Assembly: GCA_964537905.1 (NCBI GenBank)
Contig: CAZICU010000001.1
Coordinates: 15,046 to 79,045, forward strand
From: an uncultured Gammaproteobacteria bacterium
Lineage (GTDB): Bacteria; Patescibacteriota; Microgenomatia; UBA12405
Direction of reading: 5' to 3'
Length of the DNA stretch: 64,000 nt
Both the position numbers and the translations under genes were made by a program. This document shows positions 38,151-48,287 of this stretch, in pieces. Numbering within the stretch: the first letter of the stretch is position 1; every line of letters starts with the position of its first letter. Below the pieces are notes generated by a model. The model did not search any database and was not told where the DNA came from. It saw only the letters and a program-made list of their open reading frames with translations.

Positions 38151-38859
38151 CTTTTAATTTGGCTCCTTTAATATTTTTCCAAATACCACAAGACATTTTT
38201 CCTTGGTCGCAAATTTTTTCCGATACACATGGTGGACCGGCATTTTCAAAAATAATTGGCGCCACTTCTTTAACCAAATCCAACATTTGTTTAGCCACTT
38301 CTCTTATTTCCCACTGAGCTCTAGTGCATGATCTGACACTAAAGAAATGCAATAATTCTCGAGCATTCATTGTCATTACTATTTTTACTTGTACTGATTG
38401 TGGTTGACAAAATCTGGCATCTTCAGCCGGAATTCCGGCATCAATCAATTCATTGTAAAGTTCTTGGGAATTTTCTAAATGTTTCAAATATTTTTCCAAC
38501 AACTTTTTATTTTCCAAGTTTCTAATTTTTGGTGGCACCCTGTAAGCCGCATCTCCTCGTTTGACATATCTTCCCGATTGAATCGAAAACGAAGCAATTC
38601 TGTGACGAATCAAATGAATTTCTGTCACTCGGCTTACTCCGTCGATGGCAAAAGTAAAACTAGCATGTTCCAATGTTGACGTATGTCCCGAACTAATTAC
38701 CTGTTTTATTAATCTTCGTTTAACTTCTTCTGTTGTTTTTTCCTTTAGTTCTTTAGCTCCCACCGAAGCATAACATTGTCTAATCGCCGCCACTACATTC
38801 TGCTCTGGATCAGAGGTATAACCTATTAACTCTACTTTAAGTTTATCTTCTTTTGCCAT
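38140..38859 (-). CDS. thyX: Flavin-dependent thymidylate synthase
   Basis: GHTSTLEH, RHRIASFSIQSGRY, EDARF, AQWEIR; own TTGACC-18-TAAAAT promoter at 38911-38940. Confidence 0.95.
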   Translation of the reverse strand: MAKEDKLKVELIGYTSDPEQNVVAAIRQCYASVGAKELKEKTTEEVKRRLIKQVISSGHTSTLEHASFTFAIDGVSRVTEIHLIRHRIASFSIQSGRYVKRGDAAYRVPPKIRNLENKKLLEKYLKHLENSQELYNELIDAGIPAEDARFCQPQSVQVKIVMTMNARELLHFFSVRSCTRAQWEIREVAKQMLDLVKEVAPIIFENAGPPCVSEKICDQGKMSCGIWKNIKGAKLKDEN

Positions 38860-38943
38860 TAACCATTTTTTCCAAATTTTTAACTCTGAACCAATTTAAT
38901 CTAAAAACCAATTTTATTCAATTCACTAAAACTAGGTCAAGTA

Positions 38944-39888
38944 TTAACAAAACGGACACTTTTCTCCCATATACCAGCAACCACATTTTTCACATTCTTT
39001 ATATCCATCTGGTACTTCTCCAAATTTCACTTGACCATCAGCCAAAATATAATAACCAATTTTTTCCCCAAACTCACCTATTCTAGTTGTAACTGCACAT
39101 CCATAACTATCTACTTGAGATACTTTTTGCATTTCTCCATACATATAATTTCTCAAATCATATCTACTTAAAACTTCACCACCTTTAATCATATATCCCT
39201 TAGATATTGCCTTATAACAAGCTGAATATAATCGAAAAATTAAATTAGAATTTTCTGTTAATTTTTGACCAAAATTATCTTTAAATTCATTTATATAATC
39301 TTTAACTACGCTTTCAATTAACTCCATACTACAAGAATTTTTTACTTCACTTAATCTAAACAAATCAAATAATTCATTTAATTTTAAATCTGAACTAATA
39401 GGAGAGGCTAAAATTTTAAAATTATCTTCTACTTTTGGTTCTCCAGATAAAAATGATCTTATTTGATTCATACTTTCAAAATCATTTTTAACTACAATTC
39501 TATTCCAAACAACTCGACCATCATCTACTACTCGCCAAAAATCAACACAATCACTTGGATAATAATATTTTTCATTTTTTGGACTAAATCCAATCCATGT
39601 TGAATCAGGATTTTCTCTCAAACCTTGTTCAATCTTTCTTATCGATTCAATTTCTTCATTCCTTCCCCCTCTAGCTGTCAACTCTACTATTTTCTGACCC
39701 GATTTAGGATCATACAAATTACCCTCATCATCAACTCGATATTCCAAAGTAAACTGAACCATTCCAAAATCTTCTGCTAGCTGAGTTTTTAATTCCTGAG
39801 CCAAATTCTCTCTTCTCCCCGACTCGTCAAGTCTTTCTAAAAATTTTTTTTCTTTTTCTGGTGAAAACCCAGTTGTTTCTTGATTCAT
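38944..39888 (-). CDS. Hypothetical soluble protein with C-terminal CxxCxC...CxxC, downstream of a B12 riboswitch
   Basis: GGAGAG SD before ATG 39888; ends CEKCGCWYMGEKCPFC. Confidence 0.8.
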   Translation of the reverse strand: MNQETTGFSPEKEKKFLERLDESGRRENLAQELKTQLAEDFGMVQFTLEYRVDDEGNLYDPKSGQKIVELTARGGRNEEIESIRKIEQGLRENPDSTWIGFSPKNEKYYYPSDCVDFWRVVDDGRVVWNRIVVKNDFESMNQIRSFLSGEPKVEDNFKILASPISSDLKLNELFDLFRLSEVKNSCSMELIESVVKDYINEFKDNFGQKLTENSNLIFRLYSACYKAISKGYMIKGGEVLSRYDLRNYMYGEMQKVSQVDSYGCAVTTRIGEFGEKIGYYILADGQVKFGEVPDGYKECEKCGCWYMGEKCPFC

Positions 39889-39949
39889 ATTTTTACTCTC
39901 CAAATTGCTTACAACTTGGTCCTCGACTTTAGTCGGGATGCTCGAAAGT

Positions 39950-40098
39950 TTTGGTCATCCGGCTTCGACCGACGAAGCTTTGCGAAGGCGGTTTTTACAC
40001 CCCCATCTTTGCTCCGACAATCACACGGTTGCGGCACAGCTCAGGATTCTAACCTGATTCCCCATCACCCGCCATAGTTTTAACGACAGCGGGCATTA
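39950..40098 (-). promoter_or_regulatory. Cobalamin riboswitch
   Basis: Reverse complement GGGAATCAGGTTAGAATCCTGAGCTGTGCCGCAACCGTG ... AAGCCGGATGACC matches the core and B12-box; TGnTAAAAT promoter at 40106-40114. Confidence 0.85.
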
Positions 40099-40114
40099 AT
40101 AATTTATTTTATCA

Positions 40115-40612
40115 CTAAAATTTTGATCTCCACATAAAATATAAAAATTTTGAAGTTCTATTAAAATAAGTCAAAATATTTTCATCAAATTTTAATCCCT
40201 CTTCCTCTTCTCTAACTAATTTTAGAGTTACCACTCTTGTTTCTGCTTCTCTACAAGCAGTTCGACATAAATTAATTCTTGATTCTATTTCATTTTCACC
40301 TGGAATTAAAAAACTATCTAAATTGCCAATTCTATTTTGAAAAACCATAATATCTTCATCCAATTCACCTATTCTTTTTTTTCCATTTTTCCACTCACTA
40401 CCAGTAAATAAATTCCCCATCACTTCACGTAAATCACTTTGAATTTGTTTAAGTTTTCCATTTTCTTTTTTATTTTCTAAAACCACTCTTGCCAAACCTA
40501 ATCTTGCCTGAAATTCATCAATTCCTCCTACTGCTTTTACGAATGGCGAATCTTTATTTACATCAAGTAAACATTCTCCACAAGTTATTCCTTTATCTCC
40601 TTTTTCACTCAT
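40115..40612 (-). CDS. pduO: ATP:cob(I)alamin adenosyltransferase, PduO type
   Basis: GDKGIT, KDS...GGIDE, RTACREAE, YFNRTS. Confidence 0.85.
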   Translation of the reverse strand: MSEKGDKGITCGECLLDVNKDSPFVKAVGGIDEFQARLGLARVVLENKKENGKLKQIQSDLREVMGNLFTGSEWKNGKKRIGELDEDIMVFQNRIGNLDSFLIPGENEIESRINLCRTACREAETRVVTLKLVREEEEGLKFDENILTYFNRTSKFLYFMWRSKF

Positions 40613-40673
40613 AATTTTATATATAATTTTAATTTTATTAGATTTTTAATATTTTAATTTAAAAATTAAAAAT

Positions 40674-43181
40674 TTATGAGCATTTTGAATAACCACAAAA
40701 CACATTTGTACATTTAAAACAGCCTTCTTCAGCTCGAAGTGGACTACCACAATCAGGACAAGCTCCAAATTTAGTTTCTGCCTGAGTCAACTCATCATTA
40801 CTTTTAACTACATCTATTTGATTTAAATCATTTTGATCACCAAAAATACTTAATTGTTCACCTCGAGAAATTTCCAAAACCGATTTACCAACTGCATCAA
40901 ACATACTCAAAACTGCTCCATTTCCCATTCCTGTTTTTTGCCCACAAGAAATTCCAATTAATTCACCCGAAATTTCATCTAAATTTGCCCCGTATTTCAA
41001 AGCCAAAGAAGCTAATCTTCCAGTCACTTCTGCCGAAGCCGCTAAATATCCTCCAGATTTACCTAAATTAACAAAAACTTCTACTGGACCATCCCCTTCT
41101 TCGTAAAAAATCGAAGTATAAACGCTACCCACATCACATTTTTTCTTGACTCTAATACCACTTGCCACGATTGGTGTTGCTTTTTTCTTTGGTGGTGCAA
41201 CAATCATTTTTTCCTCATTTTTTTCATCTTTACTTTTTATCTTTTGAATTATTTCAGAAGATCTTGAACCACTTCTATAAATAGTAATTCCTTTAGTTCC
41301 TAGAGAGTAAGACTTTAAATAAGCTTTTCTTACATCATCCACTGTCGCTGTTTCTGGTAAATTAATTGTCTTTGACACTGCATTATCAGTAAATTCTTGA
41401 AAGGCCGCCTGAACTTTTATATGCCATTCTGGATCAATTTCTAATGCTGTTGTAAAAACTTTTTTAATATCTTCAGGAACTTCATCTATTCCCTTCAAAA
41501 TTCCCCCATTTTTAACAACCTTTTCTATTAATTCTTCAGAATAAATTCCTCTTGTTTTCAATTCTTCTATCAGAACTGCATTTAAATAATAAAGTGTCTT
41601 TCCTTCAACTGTATTTTTTTGATATCCCAAAGAAAATACTGGTTCAATCCCTGAACTAGCATCCGCCAAAACACTAATTGTTCCTGTTGGAGCAATTGTC
41701 GTCAAAGACATATTTCTTGGTTTATAATCAGTTCCAGCAAACAAACTTACTTCCCATGATGGGAATACACCTCTGGTTTTAGCCAATTCACAAGTTGCTT
41801 CTCTGGCCGATTCAGTCACAAATTTCATTATTTTCTTAGCCCAAGCAATTCCTTCTTCTGAATCATATTTCACTCCTAATTTAAATAAAGTATCCGCAAA
41901 ACCCATCACCCCAAATCCAATTCTTCTAAATTTACTCACTGTTTCCCTAATTTTTTGAACTGGAAATTCATTTATTTCCACTACGTTATCTAAAAAATGC
42001 ACCCCCATAAAAATTACTTTCTTTAATTCCTCCCAATTAATATCGCCCTTTTTAAGGGAGATGTCAGCACTAGCTGACAGAGGGTTTTGAAGGACGAACT
42101 TTGCCAAATTTACACTCCCTAAATTACAGGCATCATAGGGCAAAAGTGGTTGTTCTCCACATGGATTAGTCGCTTCAATTCGACCCACACTTGGTACTGG
42201 ATTTGAAGTTTTATCATTCATTCTATCAATAAAAACCAAACCTGGATCACCAAATTGCCAAGCCAATCTCGTCACTAAATTAAAAACTTTATAAGCATTT
42301 AATTTCATTGTTGCCTCTTTAGTTCTAGGATTTATTAGTTCATATCCTTCACCTTCTTGAGTTGCTTTTGCCCAATCATAAAGTTTTTTAGTGCCTGCTT
42401 CTATTTCTCTTAATCTAACCTCTGTATTACGACTTCCTTCGGCTTGTCTTATTTCTTCTACTATATCTTCTGGAACTAAATCGTCAGTCACAAATTTTTT
42501 GTCCGACTCAATTTTACTCATAAAAACATCCGTCACCGCCAAAGAAATATTGAAATTAGTCAAAGTCCATTCGTCTAATTTTGATACTGCAAATCTTAAT
42601 ACATCAGGATGATCAATCGACAACATTCCCATATTAGCCCCTCGTCTCATTCCTCCTTGTTTAATTTGAGCTGTTACATCATTATAAGCTTGCATAAAAC
42701 TCACCGGTCCAACAGTCGTTCCTCCACTCGACTTAATATAATCACCACTTGGTCTTAATCTCGAAAAAGAAAAACCAGTTCCTCCACCACTTTTATGAAT
42801 CATGGCCATATTTGTCATGGTTTCTAAGATTGATTCCATTGAATCATCAATTGGCAGCACAAAACAACCTGACAATTGTTGATGTGTTCCACCAGCATTT
42901 ACCAAACAAGGAGTATTTGGCAAAAATTTCTGTTCTGCCATCAAATAATAAAAATCCTTCGATAATGCTTCAATTTCTGTCTCACTTTTACCAAAGTTTT
43001 TATCTCCTCCAGCTATTGCTCTAGCCACCCTCCAAAAAATATCTTTTACCTTTTCATAAGCTTTTCCTTCCTCATTTTTTCTGGAATATCTTGTTTCTGC
43101 AATATATTTAGCATTTTCCGACAATTGCGGTTCCATTAATCCTTGATTATTAATATTTTGACGAATATCTGTATCTGTCAT
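40674..43181 (-). CDS. nrdJ: Class II (adenosylcobalamin-dependent) ribonucleotide reductase with TSCPD and Zn-ribbon tail
   Basis: FLPNTPCLVNAG, GGGTG, RRGANM, ATNPCGEQPL, TIAPTGT, SKTIN, CPDCG...EEGC. Confidence 0.95.
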   Translation of the reverse strand: MTDTDIRQNINNQGLMEPQLSENAKYIAETRYSRKNEEGKAYEKVKDIFWRVARAIAGGDKNFGKSETEIEALSKDFYYLMAEQKFLPNTPCLVNAGGTHQQLSGCFVLPIDDSMESILETMTNMAMIHKSGGGTGFSFSRLRPSGDYIKSSGGTTVGPVSFMQAYNDVTAQIKQGGMRRGANMGMLSIDHPDVLRFAVSKLDEWTLTNFNISLAVTDVFMSKIESDKKFVTDDLVPEDIVEEIRQAEGSRNTEVRLREIEAGTKKLYDWAKATQEGEGYELINPRTKEATMKLNAYKVFNLVTRLAWQFGDPGLVFIDRMNDKTSNPVPSVGRIEATNPCGEQPLLPYDACNLGSVNLAKFVLQNPLSASADISLKKGDINWEELKKVIFMGVHFLDNVVEINEFPVQKIRETVSKFRRIGFGVMGFADTLFKLGVKYDSEEGIAWAKKIMKFVTESAREATCELAKTRGVFPSWEVSLFAGTDYKPRNMSLTTIAPTGTISVLADASSGIEPVFSLGYQKNTVEGKTLYYLNAVLIEELKTRGIYSEELIEKVVKNGGILKGIDEVPEDIKKVFTTALEIDPEWHIKVQAAFQEFTDNAVSKTINLPETATVDDVRKAYLKSYSLGTKGITIYRSGSRSSEIIQKIKSKDEKNEEKMIVAPPKKKATPIVASGIRVKKKCDVGSVYTSIFYEEGDGPVEVFVNLGKSGGYLAASAEVTGRLASLALKYGANLDEISGELIGISCGQKTGMGNGAVLSMFDAVGKSVLEISRGEQLSIFGDQNDLNQIDVVKSNDELTQAETKFGACPDCGSPLRAEEGCFKCTNVFCGYSKCS

Positions 43182-43624
43182 TTTTTCTTAAATTCAACTA
43201 ATAATTTTTTAAATTCTTCAATAGAATTTAGGTCTAAATAAACCGAGGCAAATCGAATGTAAGCCATTGGATCAACTCCTTTTAATTTTTCCATCAACAT
43301 TTTTCCAATTTCTCGTGACGGAATTTCAATATCCTTCCAATTCAAAAGTTTCATTTCAATTTCATCAATAATTTTTTCTCTCTCCTCAGCTGTCATCCGC
43401 CAACAAGCTTTTTCCAAACACCTTTCTAGTTTATTTCTTGAATAATCTTCTACTTTTCCTGATTTTTTAATTACTTTTAAGCTGATATTTTCCACTCTTT
43501 CATAAGTTGTAAACCGCTTTTTACATTTAACACATTCCCGTCGTCGTCGAGTCGCTTTTCCATCCTCTGCCTCACGACTTTCCAACACATTACTTTCATC
43601 AAAACCGCAATATGGACAAATCAT
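43178..43624 (-). CDS. nrdR: Transcriptional repressor NrdR
   Basis: CPYC, RRRRECVKC, RFTTYE, AYIRFASVY. Confidence 0.96.
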   Translation of the reverse strand: MICPYCGFDESNVLESREAEDGKATRRRRECVKCKKRFTTYERVENISLKVIKKSGKVEDYSRNKLERCLEKACWRMTAEEREKIIDEIEMKLLNWKDIEIPSREIGKMLMEKLKGVDPMAYIRFASVYLDLNSIEEFKKLLVEFKKK

Positions 43625-43668
43625 ATATTTTCGTCTAAGTTTTCAGCTTATTTTAAATTTTTAATAAA

Positions 43669-43716
43669 CCACTATTGCTAGTGTGTACGCAACATAATAC
43701 ACGCTACCCTTAGACA
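43669..43716. promoter_or_regulatory. Tandem NrdR boxes
   Basis: ccaCTAttgcTAGtgt (43669-43684) and acgCTAccctTAGaca (43701-43716), 32 bp apart, upstream of nrdR. Confidence 0.7.
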
Positions 43717-43870
43717 CCAACAATACCACAAACCATATCAACTTTTTTTCTTGCGCCAATTTCGCGGTGAATAAATTTTTAGTTTCCCAAAAGTTTCCAA
43801 ACCGCATATCCAAAACAACCACAAGCAAAAATAAACCAAATTATTTCCATCGTTTTATTAATTTTTTCTT

Positions 43871-46405
43871 TTATTTTATTTTTCCTAACCATTTTCTTAT
43901 TTGTCTTTTAATATAAACCAAAGACATTAATAATAATAATAAATAAGCCAAAGTTTCTTTTTTAACTACTTTAATATCATCATTAATTGGACTTTCATAA
44001 ACATAATCATCTTCCGCTCCCAACACTTGTCCTCTCTCTAAAACTATTTTTCTTTTTACCCAAAAATTAGTTTCCGCCACATTTGAGCTGACTTCATTAT
44101 TATTTTCGTCTAATCCTACAATCCAAGTTTTAGTAGTGTATTTACCTCCAGCTTCACTCATCACCATTCCAAAATCCATTTTACCGGCTCTATTAATCTC
44201 AATATCTCCTAAATATAAACCATTTTCTGACCATAAATTTCCCTGTTCATCAAAAATTTGATGAATCAAAATTGCTTCCTTCATTTTTCCCTCTCCCACG
44301 TTTTTTACTTCAATCAAAAAAGTCACCGTATCATTTGGTAAGACATAATTATTAACATTATTTTTTGCTTCCAACACTATTTTTGTTTGGCGATCAGAAA
44401 CGTTGTTTTTGCTTTCCTCATTTTGTTCCCTTTTTTCAATTATCGGATACCAAATTATTGTTGCCCAAACACTTTGATTATTATTTAAATTAGATTCAGT
44501 TGTTTTTGTCTGAACCATGGCTAATATCTCTACCTGAACATCTTTTTTTTCTAATCCATCAAGTTTTGCCGTCAAATTAAAACTATTGTTAGTATTAGCC
44601 GCTAAATTATTTATTTTCCATTTTAATTTATTTCCTTCTCGTACCAATGGTAAACCACTATTATCAGCGACATAAATAAGTTCTTTTGGTAAATCAATTT
44701 CCAAATCTGCTTCATTTGCTATTTCATATCCCAAATTACTATAATTTATTAGATAAATTATTTCCTCTCCACTTTGACCACCTTTCTTGTCAGCACTCAA
44801 ACCCACTGTCAAATCCGGATAAGCAAAAATTATATCCCCTTTCCAATTACCCAAAACATTTATCATTCCCCAAAACCAATCACTCCCCCAAACATTTACA
44901 TTTATTAAATTAGTTAAATTAGCAATTGACCACGCCGACCCACTATTAATAGTACCGTTATTAGCTCCACTTATTTGATTTCCGCCTGAATCCGCCGTCA
45001 CTAAAATTGAATTATTTACTTGAGCGATATTATTATTTATTATCAAATCATTTTCATTCTGACAATTTAAACATCCATCCTCATTTAATACAAACAAAAG
45101 TTGATTATTACTAATGTCTTCAACTGATCCTGGAAAACTCCAATTATAAATTTTACCGCTACTTTCCCCTAAAACATTTAACTGTAACCACATCTGGTTG
45201 TTCACTTCAGCATTTAAATTTATTACCGACAAATCATTACTATAAGCCTGAGCCGTTCCTGTTTCAATCGTTGAATTATTTACATTTATGGTTGCATTAT
45301 TGCCACTATTTGAATCCGTAACAACCGTATTATTCAAAACCGCTTGATTATTATTTATCGTCACCGATCCATCTGAATTGCCACTAATTTCCCTTGTTTG
45401 GAATTTTTCCGGATTAGGTAAAACAATATCGCCTAAATTTTCTCCCAACACATTGATCACTCCAATAAAAAATTGGCCTCCAACCAAATTTGTATTTACT
45501 AAATTAATTACATTAGCCACCGCTGTTGCCTTTCCCGTCACTATTAAAACTTCATCTCCTCCAACCACAGTATTATTTCCACTGGTCGCTACCACTGTCA
45601 CCACATTATTTAAATTAGCCAAATTTTTATTACTAATAATCACCATTTTTTCATCATTTGATCCGGCTTCAATTATCATTGCTCCCTCTCCTGCCATTAA
45701 CTTTAACCACATTTGATTTAAATCCAAATTGGCCCATTCTTGGTCAAAATTATTAATTAAATAAATTCCTAAATTTGTCCCTACCACATTAGTATTTATC
45801 AAATTAATCACATTAGCATAGGCATTTGCCTCACCACTATTTACTGAAACATTAGCCTTACTAGTTATTGTTTCATTTTCTCCAGTGGTCGCTAATGATT
45901 CATTTTCTGTTGTTACTTCAGCTTGATTATTATTTTCTATTTTCTCCACTTCAGATTTTATTTCTTCCTCGGAAGTATCAATTATTGTTGTTGCCACCTC
46001 TAAATTATTTGTATTAACTTGATTCTGATTTGTTGTTCCCGCCGTCGCTCCACCAGTATCAATATTTATCTCCGTATCATTGTCATTACTGCTTTGATTT
46101 TCTCCAGTGGTTGCCACTGAATTATTCTCCACTTCTAAATTAGCTTGATTATTATTTTGATTACTACAATCTATTTCCAATTGACAACCATCAACCGTTC
46201 CTGTCGTTTTTCCTGAATTATTATTAACCTCATTATTCGATTCTACTTCAGCCACTGCCTCTCCAGTAACAATTGACTGCTCTGCTATCGGAATTTCTGT
46301 TGTTTCAGATGTCACTTGTGGTGGTACTTCGGATGATACCTCTGTCGTTTCTTCGGCTTGAATTGGTGACCACAAAAATCCCCATAGCAGAAAAATCAAA
46401 CTCAA
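43871..46405 (-). CDS. Large Asn-rich surface protein with (T/S)GxN repeats, DUF11-like Ig domains and C-terminal TM anchor
   Basis: ATTGEN/ATSGNN/DSGGN and NxxNTN repeats; DLTVGLSADK...IIYLINYSN domain; start uncertain. Confidence 0.8.
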   Translation of the reverse strand: MSLIFLLWGFLWSPIQAEETTEVSSEVPPQVTSETTEIPIAEQSIVTGEAVAEVESNNEVNNNSGKTTGTVDGCQLEIDCSNQNNNQANLEVENNSVATTGENQSSNDNDTEINIDTGGATAGTTNQNQVNTNNLEVATTIIDTSEEEIKSEVEKIENNNQAEVTTENESLATTGENETITSKANVSVNSGEANAYANVINLINTNVVGTNLGIYLINNFDQEWANLDLNQMWLKLMAGEGAMIIEAGSNDEKMVIISNKNLANLNNVVTVVATSGNNTVVGGDEVLIVTGKATAVANVINLVNTNLVGGQFFIGVINVLGENLGDIVLPNPEKFQTREISGNSDGSVTINNNQAVLNNTVVTDSNSGNNATINVNNSTIETGTAQAYSNDLSVINLNAEVNNQMWLQLNVLGESSGKIYNWSFPGSVEDISNNQLLFVLNEDGCLNCQNENDLIINNNIAQVNNSILVTADSGGNQISGANNGTINSGSAWSIANLTNLINVNVWGSDWFWGMINVLGNWKGDIIFAYPDLTVGLSADKKGGQSGEEIIYLINYSNLGYEIANEADLEIDLPKELIYVADNSGLPLVREGNKLKWKINNLAANTNNSFNLTAKLDGLEKKDVQVEILAMVQTKTTESNLNNNQSVWATIIWYPIIEKREQNEESKNNVSDRQTKIVLEAKNNVNNYVLPNDTVTFLIEVKNVGEGKMKEAILIHQIFDEQGNLWSENGLYLGDIEINRAGKMDFGMVMSEAGGKYTTKTWIVGLDENNNEVSSNVAETNFWVKRKIVLERGQVLGAEDDYVYESPINDDIKVVKKETLAYLLLLLMSLVYIKRQIRKWLGKIK

Positions 46406-46458
46406 AACCCAAAATATCTTTTTGGTTATAATTTTAAAAATAAATTTTATTTTCCCTC

Positions 46459-46487
46459 ATCCACCGGAAGTTCCCTCCCGGTGGATT
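46459..46487. terminator. Intergenic hairpin
   Basis: atccaccgg...ccggtggat between the two repeat-protein genes. Confidence 0.5.
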
Positions 46488-46505
46488 TAAGAAACAAACT
46501 TTTAG

Positions 46506-47066
46506 TTAGTCTTGCCAAGTGATTGGTCTAACATTCACCAAAGTTCGACTAGAAACATTTGATCCAGCATTTCCAGTTACAATTGTGCTTCCTCCGACTA
46601 AATTTAAAGCTCCAGCCGCAACTCCAATAGACTTTTCTACCGTCGTTACGTTAGCTTGTTGATTAGTCCCAGAATCTGCATCTGCCTCGGTTATACCTTT
46701 AACCTCAACCGTATTAATTTTTGTTGGAGTTGTCATACAACCATAACAATAAGTCATACCACAACCACAAGCATCAGCATTAGCAATAGTCAAAGAACTG
46801 GCATTTGCATAAGCATTACCAGTAATAATAGTCTGACGATTCAAACCGCTAGCCGACAAAGCTAATACTTCTACTGATTTTGTTACCTCCGTCTGATTAG
46901 CTTGTACATTGCCGCCTGTATTTGCAGTTGCCACTGTTTGTGAGTTAATTTTTACTGTATTCACTTCTGGCATTTGAAAACTAGGCATATAATATGCCAT
47001 AGCTGGAACAGCAAAAGCCAACAAAGCTAGAGTAATTCCACCTAAACTAATTATCTTTTTTAACAT
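46506..47066 (-). CDS. Secreted protein with ANTGGN / TGNA repeats
   Basis: AGGAGGTG SD, signal peptide ending AMA, two repeat units around a CGC...CYGC linker. Confidence 0.8.
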   Translation of the reverse strand: MLKKIISLGGITLALLAFAVPAMAYYMPSFQMPEVNTVKINSQTVATANTGGNVQANQTEVTKSVEVLALSASGLNRQTIITGNAYANASSLTIANADACGCGMTYCYGCMTTPTKINTVEVKGITEADADSGTNQQANVTTVEKSIGVAAGALNLVGGSTIVTGNAGSNVSSRTLVNVRPITWQD

Positions 47067-47306
47067 TATTTCTTCACCTCCTCAAACTAAATTAATAATT
47101 TTAGGACGCCAAAAAATATCTCGATCAAAACAACCATAAAAAAGAATGTTCCACTATCCTGCAATTTAATGCCTTTTTCTCTTCAAACAAATCACCTATA
47201 ACTAATCTAAAATAAATATCCACAACAACAACGTTGTAGCACTATTAAAAAAACTTGTCAATTTTAACTTTATACCTAAATTTTATAATTATATAAGAAA
47301 AATCCA

Positions 47307-48206
47307 TCAAAAAGCATCTGCTTTTTTTCTTTTTTTATTAGAGATTTCATTACCAGGAATTCTTTTTAAAGCAGTATCATATGTCAACAAAAATAAATCA
47401 ATTCCATTATTTATCTGATCAGAAGTCAATCCTCTAGTTATATCTAGACCTAAATGTTTTAATTTACTTATTAAGGATAAAGCAAATGCTGAAGCATTTC
47501 TCTCTTCCTCTTTTATCAATTGCTTTCCATAAATTAATTTTTGATCTATTTCATTTGTTTTTTTGTTTAAAGAAATACTCTCTTTCTTTAAACTTTCAAC
47601 TAAAGGACTTTTTATAAACTTTTCAGTTTCTACCATTTTAAATTGATATTTATGACCAAATTCATGGAATAATGCAAATAAGTTAAAAAAAGCACCTAAC
47701 CCTCGACCAAATTTCAAATCAATCATCTTCATTTGAGTTTCATTTTCATTCCAAACCACCACACCACCAGTTTCGTCAGTCACAAATCTTGAAGATCTAA
47801 ATAATTTATTTTCATAAACAATAGAAGTTCGATTCTTACCTGATTTATATAAATATCTTAATGGTTCTACACTAAAAAAATTACCTGATTCTTTATCAAT
47901 AATTTTGATATCACCAGAAAACATTCTTTTTGATTCAGGATAATATTCCAGTCTTTGCAAAACAATAATTCCATTACTACTTTGTCTAAAATATATTTTT
48001 TCATTTGGATTCTCTTTATCAGGAGTAAAAATTTTCAAACCATAAAAATCTTTATTTTTATCATAAACATCTCTATCTTTATCAAACAACGGATTATCTA
48101 TCGAGAACACACTTATGGTATTTAATCTTTTTTCTTGATCTTTTTTAAAATCTGGCTTTCTTAAATCAAAATCGGCTACAGGTATTACTGATTCTCCACT
48201 CTCCAT
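47307..48206 (-). CDS. Hypothetical protein with HExxH motif
   Basis: LFHEFGH...EEERNASAFAL. Confidence 0.7.
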   Translation of the reverse strand: MESGESVIPVADFDLRKPDFKKDQEKRLNTISVFSIDNPLFDKDRDVYDKNKDFYGLKIFTPDKENPNEKIYFRQSSNGIIVLQRLEYYPESKRMFSGDIKIIDKESGNFFSVEPLRYLYKSGKNRTSIVYENKLFRSSRFVTDETGGVVVWNENETQMKMIDLKFGRGLGAFFNLFALFHEFGHKYQFKMVETEKFIKSPLVESLKKESISLNKKTNEIDQKLIYGKQLIKEEERNASAFALSLISKLKHLGLDITRGLTSDQINNGIDLFLLTYDTALKRIPGNEISNKKRKKADAF

Positions 48207-48287
48207 AGTTTTTATATTAACATTTTGCTCTAAAAACACAATTAAACAAACCTAAAGCCAAACTCTATACTATAAAAATTACATAAA

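Noticed and set aside
39880-40098. tmRNA or the + strand ORF 39880..40077
   Set aside because: No tRNA-like ends or tag reading frame; the minus strand matches the cobalamin riboswitch core
40674-43181. Intein or intron in nrdJ
   Set aside because: Continuous ORF of normal length; no intein terminal motifs or LAGLIDADG blocks seen
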